Shown here piece after piece: positions 20,319-30,330 of a stretch of 64,000 bases of DNA (position 1 is the first letter of the stretch; every line of letters begins with the position of its first letter). The stretch is from NCBI GenBank assembly GCA_965652395.1, contig CBFGUW010000002.1, forward strand, positions 57,583-121,582, written 5' to 3'. The DNA is from an uncultured Saccharospirillum sp. (GTDB lineage Bacteria; Pseudomonadota; Gammaproteobacteria; Pseudomonadales; Natronospirillaceae). Under the pieces are notes generated by a model. It worked only from the letters and a program-made list of their open reading frames with translations. It had not been told where the DNA came from and did not search any database. The translations under genes and the position numbers were made by a program.

Positions 20319-21782
20319 TTATAAGCCTGGAAGCGTATAAATCAACGGTAATTGAATCCGAACCACCAACCCACCCTGGGGATGGTTCTCCAACACCAAG
20401 TCGCCCCCATGCCCGTGAATAATGCTCTGGGCGATACCCAAGCCCAGGCCCATGCCCCCTGCATTCATGGTTTTTCCGTGATCCAGGCGGGTATAGGGGT
20501 TGAACAGCGCCTCGGGATTGTCGGTTTGCAGGCCGGGGCCATAATCCCGAATGATGATGACCACCTGATCGCCTTCTGTGCCCAACCTGACATCAGCGCG
20601 TTGACCGTATTGAATGGCATTTTCGATCAGGTTGGTGAGGCATCGTTTCAGGGCCAGGGGTTTGCCGATGTATTGGGCATCCTGTTCGATCCGGACCGAA
20701 ACACTCTGATCCGCCAGTTGTTTTTCATGGGCGATTTTTTGCAACAGCGCACCCAGGTCCACCGGCGTTGGCTCTTCATGGATGTCTGAATCCCGCACGG
20801 TTTGCAGAGCGCCCTTCACCATCATTTCCAGCTCTTCCAGGTCTTCGTCGAGCGAAGCCCGCAACGCGTCATCATCTATCATTTCCGCCTGCAGACGCAG
20901 GCGGGTTATCGGTGTTCTCAGGTCGTGCGAGATGGCGGCAAACAGCCGCTCCCGATCGTTCAGGTAGCGTTGAATGCGCAGTTTCATGGCCTGGAAGGCT
21001 TCGGCGGTCGCGTCCAACTCACGCATACCGGAGGCCTGAACCGGTGCCAACTCCAAGCCCCGGCCAAACGCATCCGCCGCTTCGGAAAGGCGCCGCAGAG
21101 GCCTTGTCTGCCAACGCACGAACAAAAAACATAACACGCCCACCACCAACAGGGTAGCACCGAGAGACCACCACCGGTCCCGCGTGAGAACACGGTTTTT
21201 GTCCAGCAGATAGGGGTCCGGCAGGAGAGTGGCCAGATACAGCCATTGGCCGTTATTCAAACTCACCTGGGTGGTGAGAATGGGTGCGGGGTCCGGTTCC
21301 AGGATCAGGCTTTGCCGAATCCACCGTACCGGGATGTCGGCAATGGGAATGCGTTCGTCATAAACCCGAACCTGGTCCGGCATCGATAACCCCAGTTCAA
21401 GCGTGACACCGTCCAGTTCGTCGTTCAATTGGGTGTGGATCGCCTCCAACAGCGGCTCCCTCAGCGGAGCGTCCACTTCCTGAGTCATGGGCACCCGCAT
21501 CTTGTTCACACTCATGAACAGACGACTGCCACCGACTTCCCGCTGCTGGTCAATGACTATGGGGCGAACGTTATCCGGTAGCGCCAGAAAATAACGGATC
21601 GTGGCCGAAAGCGAAGTGGCCAGATATTGGGCGTTTTTCTCCATGCGCTGGCGGCTGTCACTGTCGAGCTGTCCGGCCCAGATCAGGCTGGTGAGGATCT
21701 GCGCCAAGGTGATACCGGTCAACATCACCAGCAACAGCCGCCCGAATAATGACCGGGGTAACCATCGCTTAAGGCCGGTCAT
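20319..21782 (-). CDS. sensor histidine kinase (EnvZ-like)
   Basis: HAMP, H-box AISHDLRTPITR, N/G1/G2 ATP-binding boxes (GGMGLGLGIAQS); start MTGLKRWLP overlaps RR stop. Confidence 0.8.
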   Translation of the reverse strand: MTGLKRWLPRSLFGRLLLVMLTGITLAQILTSLIWAGQLDSDSRQRMEKNAQYLATSLSATIRYFLALPDNVRPIVIDQQREVGGSRLFMSVNKMRVPMTQEVDAPLREPLLEAIHTQLNDELDGVTLELGLSMPDQVRVYDERIPIADIPVRWIRQSLILEPDPAPILTTQVSLNNGQWLYLATLLPDPYLLDKNRVLTRDRWWSLGATLLVVGVLCFLFVRWQTRPLRRLSEAADAFGRGLELAPVQASGMRELDATAEAFQAMKLRIQRYLNDRERLFAAISHDLRTPITRLRLQAEMIDDDALRASLDEDLEELEMMVKGALQTVRDSDIHEEPTPVDLGALLQKIAHEKQLADQSVSVRIEQDAQYIGKPLALKRCLTNLIENAIQYGQRADVRLGTEGDQVVIIIRDYGPGLQTDNPEALFNPYTRLDHGKTMNAGGMGLGLGIAQSIIHGHGGDLVLENHPQGGLVVRIQLPLIYTLPGL

Positions 21783-22500
21783 GCACCCGCTCCACTTCGG
21801 CGGTGAATACATAGCCCTGGCCTCTGATGGTCTTGATCAGTTGACCGGTCCGGCCATCGTCACCCAAACGGGTGCGCAGGCGGCTGATTTGAACATCCAG
21901 ATAGCGATCCAGCGGGCCCAGATCCCGCCCTCGGGTGGCCTTCATTAAAAAACTGCGGGACAGTACTTCACCGCTATGGTCTAAAAACAGTTTCAGCAAC
22001 TGAAAATCCGCACCGCTGATGGTTTCGGGTTCGGTGCCGTTGCAGCTTAGGGTTCGCTCGAGTGTATCGAGGTAATGTCGGCTAAAGCGATAATAGCGGC
22101 CGCCTTCCGAAACCGACGCCGCCGTGGGTTCGTAGCGGCGGTGAATGGCTTTGATACGCGCCAGCAACTCCCGTGGGCTGAAGGGTTTTGCGATGTAATC
22201 GTCAGCCCCCATTTCAAGACCCACCACCCGGTCAGTTTCCTCCGCGTTCGCGGTCAGCATGATGATGGGAACATCCGATACCGAGCGGATCTTCTGACAT
22301 ACGCTGAAGCCGTCCTGACCAGGCAGCATGATATCCAACACTACCAGGGATATATCGGCCGAGGCGTCGCGGAACTCCGACAGAAAGGATTCGCCGTCCG
22401 CTGCCACCGTCACCCGGTAATTGTTCTTTTCGAGATAACTTTTCAGCAGCTCTCTAATTTTGTAATCGTCGTCTACCACGACAATGCGTTTTTGCGTCAT
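21769..22500 (-). CDS. OmpR-family response regulator
   Basis: Receiver domain (VVDDD...D) and winged-helix output domain. Confidence 0.85.
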   Translation of the reverse strand: MTQKRIVVVDDDYKIRELLKSYLEKNNYRVTVAADGESFLSEFRDASADISLVVLDIMLPGQDGFSVCQKIRSVSDVPIIMLTANAEETDRVVGLEMGADDYIAKPFSPRELLARIKAIHRRYEPTAASVSEGGRYYRFSRHYLDTLERTLSCNGTEPETISGADFQLLKLFLDHSGEVLSRSFLMKATRGRDLGPLDRYLDVQISRLRTRLGDDGRTGQLIKTIRGQGYVFTAEVERVHDRP

Positions 22501-23756
22501 TACCTTAATGCTCTCAGCGATTGCGCCAATTGGGCAGTGGCCATTTCCGGCGTGACCCGGTCGTCGATAAAGAAACGATGCACGATTTCGAACACGGCAT
22601 CTTCGGATTCGGGCGACGTTGCCATGGAATGAGCCATACTCGGGGCCAGACGGTTCTCGTTACCCGCTTGAACGAATACATGGTGAGAGGCGCGAGAACA
22701 ATCATCAAAGGCGACCATCGGGATGTCGCTGCGGGCCGGTATGGTTCCTTTGGCCTGGCTGAACGCCAGTTGCACTTCAGGCATCAGAAGAGCATCGATA
22801 AAAGGCGTAATGGATTCCGGTGTGGGGTTATCCTGATACACAACAAAGGTATCGATGCTGTACAAGTGCTGCTCGGTGGTCCCCGGGACCGGCAGGCACA
22901 GATAGTCATCACCCGCTTGCATTCCCCAGGCGGTGAACTCGCCCTTTACCCAGTCACCCATGATCTGAACGGCGGCTTCGCCTTCGGCCACCATTCGGCT
23001 CGCTTCCTGCCACTCCCGTCCACCGATGTCCGCATCCATCAACCCTTTCAGTTCACGCAGCAAACGAAAGCTTTCAATCACTCTAGGGTCATTCAGTACC
23101 GTTTCGTCATGCTCAACAAAATATCTCTGATAAAAAACCGGCCCGGCAACGCTCAATAATACCGTCTCGAACAGGGTGGCGTTTTGCCAGGGCTGGTTCC
23201 CATGGGCCAGCGGCACAATACCCGCATCTCTCAGAGCTGGGGCGAGATCGATAAACTGACTCCAGGTGGTCGGTAACGGTAACTTGAGCTGCTCGAACAC
23301 CTGGGGGTTCAGCCACATCCAATTGATGCGGTGAACACTGAGTGGAATGGCAACCCGATCATTGTCGACCCGTATCAAATCGTTGATCACAGGGTGGAAA
23401 AGCGCCCGATTATTCAATTGCGGATGTGAGAGCGGCGCTAAAAAGCCCAGGTTGGCCCAATGACGAATGTTAGGGCCGATAATCTGTGCGGCACCCGGCG
23501 GAGTACCCGCTATCACCCTGGCTTTCAATACCGCCATGGCGGAATCCCCTCCGCCGCCGCGCACCGGATAATCGACCCAGGCAACACCCCGCGCCGCCAG
23601 ATTGTTCTTCAATATCCGGAGTGCCGCCTCTTCACCGGCGGATGTCCACCAGTGCAGTACTTCCAGAGACTGCTCGGCATGGAGTGGCCGCAAAACCAGT
23701 TGCAGCACCAGTAATAACGTTACAGCTATCGGCTTCATCGTTGTTGTTATCGTCAC
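22500..23756 (-). CDS. periplasmic solute-binding protein (ABC family 1) co-operonic with two-component system
   Basis: Signal peptide, SBP fold; stop overlaps response regulator start (same operon as RR-HK). Confidence 0.7.
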   Translation of the reverse strand: MTITTTMKPIAVTLLLVLQLVLRPLHAEQSLEVLHWWTSAGEEAALRILKNNLAARGVAWVDYPVRGGGGDSAMAVLKARVIAGTPPGAAQIIGPNIRHWANLGFLAPLSHPQLNNRALFHPVINDLIRVDNDRVAIPLSVHRINWMWLNPQVFEQLKLPLPTTWSQFIDLAPALRDAGIVPLAHGNQPWQNATLFETVLLSVAGPVFYQRYFVEHDETVLNDPRVIESFRLLRELKGLMDADIGGREWQEASRMVAEGEAAVQIMGDWVKGEFTAWGMQAGDDYLCLPVPGTTEQHLYSIDTFVVYQDNPTPESITPFIDALLMPEVQLAFSQAKGTIPARSDIPMVAFDDCSRASHHVFVQAGNENRLAPSMAHSMATSPESEDAVFEIVHRFFIDDRVTPEMATAQLAQSLRALR

Positions 23757-24050
23757 CGTCCAACACCCATCCTACTCCACAACCACCCTTCAAAGTATGT
23801 CTTAATCTTACCAGTACCTTTCAATAAAGCCGTACGGCCTTTCATACAAGACAAAGATAGGTAGCACTGAATATAACCAATCATAACCACCAGCCCGCTC
23901 TCCGCGCCCGGCACCCGAACCTTCGGCATCTTTCCGACTTTGGAACACCGTATTAACAGTCAGATGAGCGACCGGATTATCGTGAACCTGCCATTCAATA
24001 CCCCTTCGCGTGAAGCGAAGTTTATCTATAACAACAAGAGGTACATTGTC

Positions 24051-25304
24051 ATGCCTTCTATCAAGCTGGGGCTGGCGCTGGTCACATTGGCTGGAGCCGT
24101 CAGTCTGAATAGTGCTGCCCAAACACTCACCATCGAAAGCTGGCGGGTGGATGATAAAGACCTGTGGGAAGATGTATTGATTCCCGCGTTCAACAAACAC
24201 AACCCCGACATTCAGGTTCGCTTTAACCCGACCTCCCCTACTGAGTACGACTCTTCCATCAACGCTCGCATGCAGGCGGGAACCGCTGGCGACCTGATCA
24301 CCTGCCGCCCCTTCGATGTGTCACTCAACCTGTACAAACAGGGAAATCTGATCCCGCTCAACGGCCTTTGGGGGCTGGACCATTATCAGGATTTCGCGAA
24401 ACGCGCCTGGAGTACGGACGACGGACAAACCACCTTCTGCATGCCCATGGCTTCGGTCATTCATGGGTTCTTTTACAACAAGGAGATATTCGAAGAACTG
24501 AATCTGAAGGTGCCGGAAACCCGCGAAGAATTCTTTAACGTTCTCGAAACCATCCAGCAGGATTCCAATTACACACCGATCGCCTTAGGCACCAACGACC
24601 AATGGGAAGCCAACCAGATCGTCTTCACCAACATTGGCGCCAATTACTGGAAAGGCGAAGACGGCCGGATGAAACTTCTGGAGGGAGACACGAAGTTCAC
24701 CGATCAGCCTTATGTGGACACCTGGGCCGAGATGGCTCGCTGGGGTGACTATATGGGACGTGGGTATGAAGCCCAAACCTATGGTGATTCGCAGAACCTG
24801 TTTGCTCTGGGCCGCGCGGCGATCTATCCGACCGGTTCCTGGGATATCTCTTATTTCAATGACCAGGCAGTGGCCGAATTCGGTGCTTTCAAACCGCCGG
24901 TGGCGAATAAAGGCGACACCTGTTACATCTCGGATCACACCGACATCGGCCTCGGCATCAATGCCGACTCCGACAATCAGGAAGCGGCCAAGGCATTTTT
25001 GAACTGGGTGGCCAGCCCTGAGTTTGCGGATTTATTCACCAACAAAGTCACCGGTTTCTTCTCCCTCTCGAACCACGAGGTGGAAGTGACCGACCCCGTC
25101 GCGGCGGAGATGATCAGTTGGCGGCAGGATTGTGAATCCACCATTCGTCTGAACGCCCAGGTGATGAACCGTGGCACGCCGAATATGGAGCAGGAACTCT
25201 GGGTCGTCAGCAGTCAGGTTTTAAACGGCACTCTGTCTCCTGAAGCGGCAGCCAAGCGCATCCAGGATGGTTTTGCTCAATGGTACGAACCTCAGTCTGA
25301 GTAA
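24051..25304 (+). CDS. ABC transporter substrate-binding protein (carbohydrate, CUT1 family)
   Basis: Signal peptide MPSIKLGLALVTLAGAVSLNSAAQ; family-1 extracellular solute-binding fold; RBS AAGAGG. Confidence 0.75.
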   Translation: MPSIKLGLALVTLAGAVSLNSAAQTLTIESWRVDDKDLWEDVLIPAFNKHNPDIQVRFNPTSPTEYDSSINARMQAGTAGDLITCRPFDVSLNLYKQGNLIPLNGLWGLDHYQDFAKRAWSTDDGQTTFCMPMASVIHGFFYNKEIFEELNLKVPETREEFFNVLETIQQDSNYTPIALGTNDQWEANQIVFTNIGANYWKGEDGRMKLLEGDTKFTDQPYVDTWAEMARWGDYMGRGYEAQTYGDSQNLFALGRAAIYPTGSWDISYFNDQAVAEFGAFKPPVANKGDTCYISDHTDIGLGINADSDNQEAAKAFLNWVASPEFADLFTNKVTGFFSLSNHEVEVTDPVAAEMISWRQDCESTIRLNAQVMNRGTPNMEQELWVVSSQVLNGTLSPEAAAKRIQDGFAQWYEPQSE

Positions 25305-25437
25305 TCGGGCTGTTGAGCCTACTGCTGAACCTGCACCTAGGCTCTTTTCAGGGGCTCATCGAGCCCCTCTTTTTCACTGTTTCGAGAAGCGCTCAGCGCC
25401 CATCGCACCAATAAGAAAAGAACCGATCGAGGCTATA

Positions 25438-26352
25438 ATGAGACGTACCTTCCCCTGGCACATCGTCGTATTCCTGGCACCTGCCGTGCTGATTTACGGA
25501 ATATTCAGTGCCTATCCTCTATTCGATACATTGCGCCTGAGCTTCTTCGCCGATACCGCCACCGGCGAACGATCATTCGCGGGCCTTGCAAACTTCGCCA
25601 CCTTGCTGGGCGATGATCTTTGGTCCGACGCTTTCTGGAATGCGATGTGGAACAACACCAAATTCTTTCTGATTCATCTGCTGGTGCAGAATCCGATCGG
25701 TCTCGCCATTGCGGCACTTATCAGTTTAAAAGGCCTGAAAGGCGCGCGGACCTACCGCACACTCATTTTTCTGCCGACGCTTTTGTCCGTGGTGATTATC
25801 GGTTTTATCTGGCAGTTGATCCTGAGCCCCCTGTGGGGTGTCTCCGAAGGATTCCTTGAGTTCTTTGGCCTGGGGTTTCTATTCGATGCCTGGCTGGGTA
25901 AAGAAAATACCGCACTCATAACACTGGCGTTGATTTCGGTCTGGCAGTTTATCGGCATACCCATGATGTTGATTTATGCCGCCATGCTGTCGATACCCGA
26001 TGATTTGATCGAAGCGGCGCACGTCGATGGTGCCTCACCCTGGAAAATTTTCTGGAAAATCCGCCTGCCGTTGATCTTTCCGACATTGGGGCTGGTCACC
26101 ATTCTCACCTTCGTCGGCAATTTCAACGCCTTCGAATTGATCTACGCCGTAAAAGGCGCCCTGGCGGGACCCAATTTTTCCACCGACATATTGGGTACCT
26201 TTTTCTATCGCACTTTCTTTGGTTATCAATCGCAGCTCGGTAGCGCCACCATGGGCGCAACCGTAGCCACCATGATGTTTCTGGTCATCCTGTTCGGTGT
26301 CATGGCGTATTTCTATTTGATTCAGCGCCGCCTGACGCGCTACCAGCTTTAA
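25438..26352 (+). CDS. ABC transporter permease (MalF/UgpA-like, CUT1)
   Basis: 6 TM, EAA loop (IEAAHVDGASPWKIFWKIRLPL). Confidence 0.8.
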   Translation: MRRTFPWHIVVFLAPAVLIYGIFSAYPLFDTLRLSFFADTATGERSFAGLANFATLLGDDLWSDAFWNAMWNNTKFFLIHLLVQNPIGLAIAALISLKGLKGARTYRTLIFLPTLLSVVIIGFIWQLILSPLWGVSEGFLEFFGLGFLFDAWLGKENTALITLALISVWQFIGIPMMLIYAAMLSIPDDLIEAAHVDGASPWKIFWKIRLPLIFPTLGLVTILTFVGNFNAFELIYAVKGALAGPNFSTDILGTFFYRTFFGYQSQLGSATMGATVATMMFLVILFGVMAYFYLIQRRLTRYQL

Positions 26353-26364
26353 GAGGTTAGGACG

Positions 26365-27207
26365 ATGAGCCCAAGCAATATTCAACAACGCAGCCGTACC
26401 GCACTGGTTCATGTCGCGCTGGCGGGGTATACCCTGATCGCCCTGTTTCCGATTGTGCTGGTAATTATCAATTCCTTTAAATCGCGCCGAGCTATTTTCA
26501 ACGACCCGCTGTCATTGCCCACACCCAGTAATTTCAGTGTAACGGGCTACGCCAAGGTGCTGGAGGAATCGAATTTTCTGCTGTTTTTCACCAACAGCCT
26601 GATCGTCACTCTTATTCCACTGATCCTGGTTTTGTTGTTTGGCGCCATGGCGGCCTGGGCGTTGAGTGAATATAAATTTCGAGGCAACCGACTCCTGGCG
26701 CTGTTCTTGGCCATGGGCATTATGGTGCCCATCCGGTTGGGTACCGTGAGTATTCTGGAAATCATGGTGGGGCTGGATCTGGTCAATACGAGGCTGGCAT
26801 TGATTCTGGTTTATACGGCTCAAGGCCTGCCGCTCGCTATTTTTATCCTGACGGAATTCGTCAACCAGGTTCCGGTCGAGCTAAAGGAAGCGGCACGGTG
26901 CGACGGCATCAGCGAATACCGGCTGTTTTTTCAGATTATTCTACCGTTGATTCGCCCCGCTGTAGCGACGGTCGCGGTATTCACCATGGTGCCGATGTGG
27001 AACGACCTTTGGTTTCCGTTGATCCTCGCGCCTGGAGAATCGACCCAGACCATTCAGTTAGGAGTGCAGCAGTTCATCGGTCAGTACGTGACGGATTGGA
27101 ACTCCGTGCTCAGCGCCCTGACCCTGGCGGTGCTCCCCGTGCTGGTGCTGTACGTCTTCTTTTCACAACAACTGATTCGGGGTTTGACCTCAGGAGCGGT
27201 CAAGTAA
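26365..27207 (+). CDS. ABC transporter permease (MalG/UgpE-like, CUT1)
   Basis: 6 TM, EAA loop (KEAARCDGISEYRLFFQIILPL). Confidence 0.8.
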   Translation: MSPSNIQQRSRTALVHVALAGYTLIALFPIVLVIINSFKSRRAIFNDPLSLPTPSNFSVTGYAKVLEESNFLLFFTNSLIVTLIPLILVLLFGAMAAWALSEYKFRGNRLLALFLAMGIMVPIRLGTVSILEIMVGLDLVNTRLALILVYTAQGLPLAIFILTEFVNQVPVELKEAARCDGISEYRLFFQIILPLIRPAVATVAVFTMVPMWNDLWFPLILAPGESTQTIQLGVQQFIGQYVTDWNSVLSALTLAVLPVLVLYVFFSQQLIRGLTSGAVK

Positions 27208-27246
27208 TTCGGCGGCCGGTTTTTTGGCCGGCCACCGTTCGGCACC

Positions 27247-28494
27247 TCAATTCGCCAGATAATGCTTCCGGGACCACATTTTCATGTCATCCAACCGGCG
27301 CAGACGCTCACCTATTTTTTCCAGCGTGGCCTGCACCGGTAACTCCCCGACCGCCATCTCTTGCAGATGAGCTTCCCAACTGCTCCAAAAACGGCGCATT
27401 TCAGGAATATCCGGCATGGTTTCGCCGGTGGCCGCCATGGCAAAGGTATGGGCGATACGCGGGTTGGCATCCAACTCCGCCATCAGTTGCTTGTTAGCGG
27501 CTGCACCCAGGGGGCGGTCGTCATTCATGGTCTTCACACCTTCGTAAATCACGACGTATTCTTCGAGAAACTGCTTGGCGATGGCCGTATTCGGGCTGTA
27601 TCCATTGATCGCTGCGGATAAAAAGCCGACGAAAGGGCGACCGTGCCCGGCCGTATCGGAAATGGCGGGAAAGCGCGCCAGTTCATAGTCGATACCGGCG
27701 GAGCTGATCTGGTTCCACGCCCAGGGGCCATTGATGATCATGGCAGTATCACCCGCCAGGAAACTTTCCATCATCAGGCTGTAGTTGTCTTCCGGCTCGA
27801 GCACCCCGGTTTCCATCAAACGATGCAGCATCGCCATCCCCTGAATGGCGCCTCGGTTATCCACCCCGACATCCGTCAATTGATACACCTGGTCAACCTT
27901 GCGGAACGAATAACCACCAGCGGAGGTCACCAGAGGCCAGGTAAAATAGGGGGTGGTGTAATCCCACACGATGGCTCGTTTGCCCTGTTCGCGCAGCTTA
28001 CGGTCAAGGGCAATCACCTCGTCCCAGGTGGCGGGTGGGGTGCTTACCAACGCTGGATTGTAGATAAGCGATATGGCTTCCATAGCCACGGGATAGCCGT
28101 AGATATTGTCGCCAACGGTCACCGCATTCCAGGCGAAATCGTGTATGGCATCACGCACTTCGGCCGAGGGCTCCACCGGTTCCAGATAACCTTCGTTTAT
28201 CCAACTGCCAAAGCGGTCGTGCGCCCAAAAAATGATATCGGGCCCTTCCGATGTAGCCGCGAATTTGGTGAAACGGGCGGCGGGGTCGTCCTCCCCTTCC
28301 CAGTCGTCCTGCGTTTGGATAATGACGGGAATACCCGTGGCCTTAGTGAACCGGTCCCCAACGGCTTGGAGCCCTTCGTAGCTTTTATCGTTGTTGATCC
28401 AGACTTCAAGGGCTTCCTGTTCAAACCCGTAGGTGGGAAATATAGTGGTCGTCAAACAGAAAGTGAGTGCGGTGAGCAGAGTGTGGATACGCAA
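27247..28494 (-). CDS. malE: maltose/maltodextrin-binding periplasmic protein
   Basis: Strong similarity along length to E. coli MalE (GPDIIFWAHDRFG, YPVAMEAISLIYN, EPYFTWPLV, GPWAW, RPFVGFLSA); start at MLRIHTLL with GGAG RBS. Confidence 0.8.
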   Translation of the reverse strand: MRIHTLLTALTFCLTTTIFPTYGFEQEALEVWINNDKSYEGLQAVGDRFTKATGIPVIIQTQDDWEGEDDPAARFTKFAATSEGPDIIFWAHDRFGSWINEGYLEPVEPSAEVRDAIHDFAWNAVTVGDNIYGYPVAMEAISLIYNPALVSTPPATWDEVIALDRKLREQGKRAIVWDYTTPYFTWPLVTSAGGYSFRKVDQVYQLTDVGVDNRGAIQGMAMLHRLMETGVLEPEDNYSLMMESFLAGDTAMIINGPWAWNQISSAGIDYELARFPAISDTAGHGRPFVGFLSAAINGYSPNTAIAKQFLEEYVVIYEGVKTMNDDRPLGAAANKQLMAELDANPRIAHTFAMAATGETMPDIPEMRRFWSSWEAHLQEMAVGELPVQATLEKIGERLRRLDDMKMWSRKHYLAN

Positions 28495-28846
28495 CATAAT
28501 CATCTCCAAGGGCCCGATCAACCTCGCTACCGAACCCGTGATCTTTGTTATTCTTATCTTCCATGCCGCCTCGAATGTGATCGAGTCGACAAATTGGAAG
28601 TGAGCGGCCTGCTATTATCCACAGTCGCCTCGCCACCATTCAGTTGAATTAGGGGTTGAACCCACCCGGTAGACCCGGGTGGAGAAAGGGTTGGATCACC
28701 CCATCTAGCATGACAAGGACAGCCATATGCACATAACACCCATGGACGGCGCCGCCTTTCCCCGCTGGTCTGTCACCTCTTACTCAAACACTCATGCCCA
28801 CGTGCCTCTAGGCCTTTTACAGCCTCTGCCTGCACATGCCAAGTTC

Positions 28847-28900
28847 TTACATGTAATACTTTCAATAAATTACATGTAATGATTGACAGCTTACATGTGA
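28847..28900 (+). promoter_or_regulatory. three copies of 10-bp perfect palindrome TTACATGTAA (third TTACATGTGA) at 21-23 bp spacing, overlapping a TTGACA -35 element
   Basis: Sites at 28847-56, 28870-79, 28891-900; TTGACA at 28883-88; immediately upstream of first gene of the PspA/flotillin cluster. Confidence 0.5.
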
Positions 28901-28917
28901 GAGATTAACTTGACGGC

Positions 28918-29559
28918 ATGAACACACGAAAAACATCCGCGGACTATCAACGGGAATACCGTAAACGGTTGCGCGCTCAGGGCCTGGTCAAGAAAGAAGT
29001 CTGGATTCACCCGGAGCACGCAAGGCTGCTCAGCCGCTTGGAAAAGCAGCTGCGCCAGCCGGGTTACGTCAAGGCTGACGCAGCCCCCGCTTTGAACCAT
29101 CAATCGGAGGTGAGCATGAGTAATACCCGAGTCTGGACCACCCACACCCTCTTCGAAGCCCTCAAAGAGGTCGAACCCTTTGCAAACGGCCAAGCCAGCC
29201 TGGAAATGGTGGAAGGCGCAGAGGCCAGCATCCACCTGACTATGCACGAATATGGCGACCTGCCTGTCTTCGTAACGGTTGCAGGCGAACAGATTATTGT
29301 GGATTGCCTGTTGTGGCCCGAATCCGATGTACGTGATCGAGCCTCCTTCAATGAAGAAGTGTTGACCACCCACAAACTCTTTCCGCTATCCACCATCAGC
29401 CTGGACTCTCTGCCGGATGGCGAGCGCTACTACACCATGTTCGGTGCGCTGAGCGCGTATTCGGTTCTGCCCAATATCGTCTTCGAAATCGAAGTGTTGG
29501 CAGACAACGTAATCAAAGCCACCGAAGCCTATGAACGCTTCCTCACCGTGGCCGCTTGA
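28918..29559 (+). CDS. DUF2170 (YjfI-like) family protein candidate, with 66-aa basic N-terminal extension (alternative internal start at 29116 with GGAGGTG RBS)
   Basis: C-terminal 148 aa resemble YjfI-type proteins that precede PspA-paralog YjfJ in E. coli (call from memory, moderate); N-terminal region is Arg/Lys-rich. Confidence 0.45.
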   Translation: MNTRKTSADYQREYRKRLRAQGLVKKEVWIHPEHARLLSRLEKQLRQPGYVKADAAPALNHQSEVSMSNTRVWTTHTLFEALKEVEPFANGQASLEMVEGAEASIHLTMHEYGDLPVFVTVAGEQIIVDCLLWPESDVRDRASFNEEVLTTHKLFPLSTISLDSLPDGERYYTMFGALSAYSVLPNIVFEIEVLADNVIKATEAYERFLTVAA

Positions 29560-29574
29560 AGCCGGAGACTGAAA

Positions 29575-30267
29575 ATGACTATCTGGAGCAAACTGGTAAC
29601 CGCACTTAGGGGCAATGTAAACGAACTGGGCGAGGCGGTGGTCGACAGTCAGGCCATGGTGATACTCGACCAGGAAATTCGCGATGCGGACAACGAACTG
29701 CGGCAGGCCAAATCGTCTCTGGCCGAAATTATGGCCAAGCACAAAGTGGCTCGCGACCATATCGAAACGCTGAACAGGAAAGCGGCCGAATACGAAGGTT
29801 ATGCCTTAAAGGCACTGGAAAAAAATGAAGAGACTCTGGCAGCGGAAGTCGCCGAGAAAATCGCCCAATTGGAAAACGAGACCCGGAACCAGCAGGTTGT
29901 TGTGGATAATTACGCCACCAGCGTGGCGGATTTGCGGAAAGCGGTGCAGCAGGCCGAAGGCAACCTGAAGCGATTGCGGCAGCAGGCCGATACGGTCAGA
30001 GCGACGGAGTCCGTCCAAAAAGCCCAGGCCGCCGTGGCCAGCCGCCACAGCGGCAGCAACGCCAAGCTGCGAACCGCCATGGATTCACTGGAACGCATCA
30101 AACAGAAGCAGGCGGAACGCGGGGCGCGCATGGAGGCGGCTCAAGAACTTGAACGGGAAACCCATGGCGACGAGCTGGCCACCAAGCTGAAAGCCGCCGG
30201 TATTACAGGGGAAAACCACAACGCCGCTGCTGTGCTTGAGCGATTGAAGAAACAACAACAAAAATAA
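29575..30267 (+). CDS. PspA/IM30 family protein (YjfJ-like, ESCRT-III-like superfamily)
   Basis: N-terminal MTIWSKLVTALRGNVNELGEAVVDSQAMVILDQEIRDADNEL closely parallels PspA N-terminus; long coiled coil. Confidence 0.8.
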   Translation: MTIWSKLVTALRGNVNELGEAVVDSQAMVILDQEIRDADNELRQAKSSLAEIMAKHKVARDHIETLNRKAAEYEGYALKALEKNEETLAAEVAEKIAQLENETRNQQVVVDNYATSVADLRKAVQQAEGNLKRLRQQADTVRATESVQKAQAAVASRHSGSNAKLRTAMDSLERIKQKQAERGARMEAAQELERETHGDELATKLKAAGITGENHNAAAVLERLKKQQQK

Positions 30268-30330
30268 CCTGGATTACCAGACAAGGCGGCGCACTCGTCA
30301 CCTTGTCTCATTACCTTAAGGGATCATTCC

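Noticed and set aside
28741-28917. Expected sigma-54 (-24/-12 TGGCAC-N5-TTGCA) promoter upstream of the PspA-like cluster, by analogy to pspA operons
   Set aside because: No GG-N10-GC element with the proper consensus was found. Only a sigma-70-like TTGACA is present, so PspF/sigma-54 control is not supported by the sequence.
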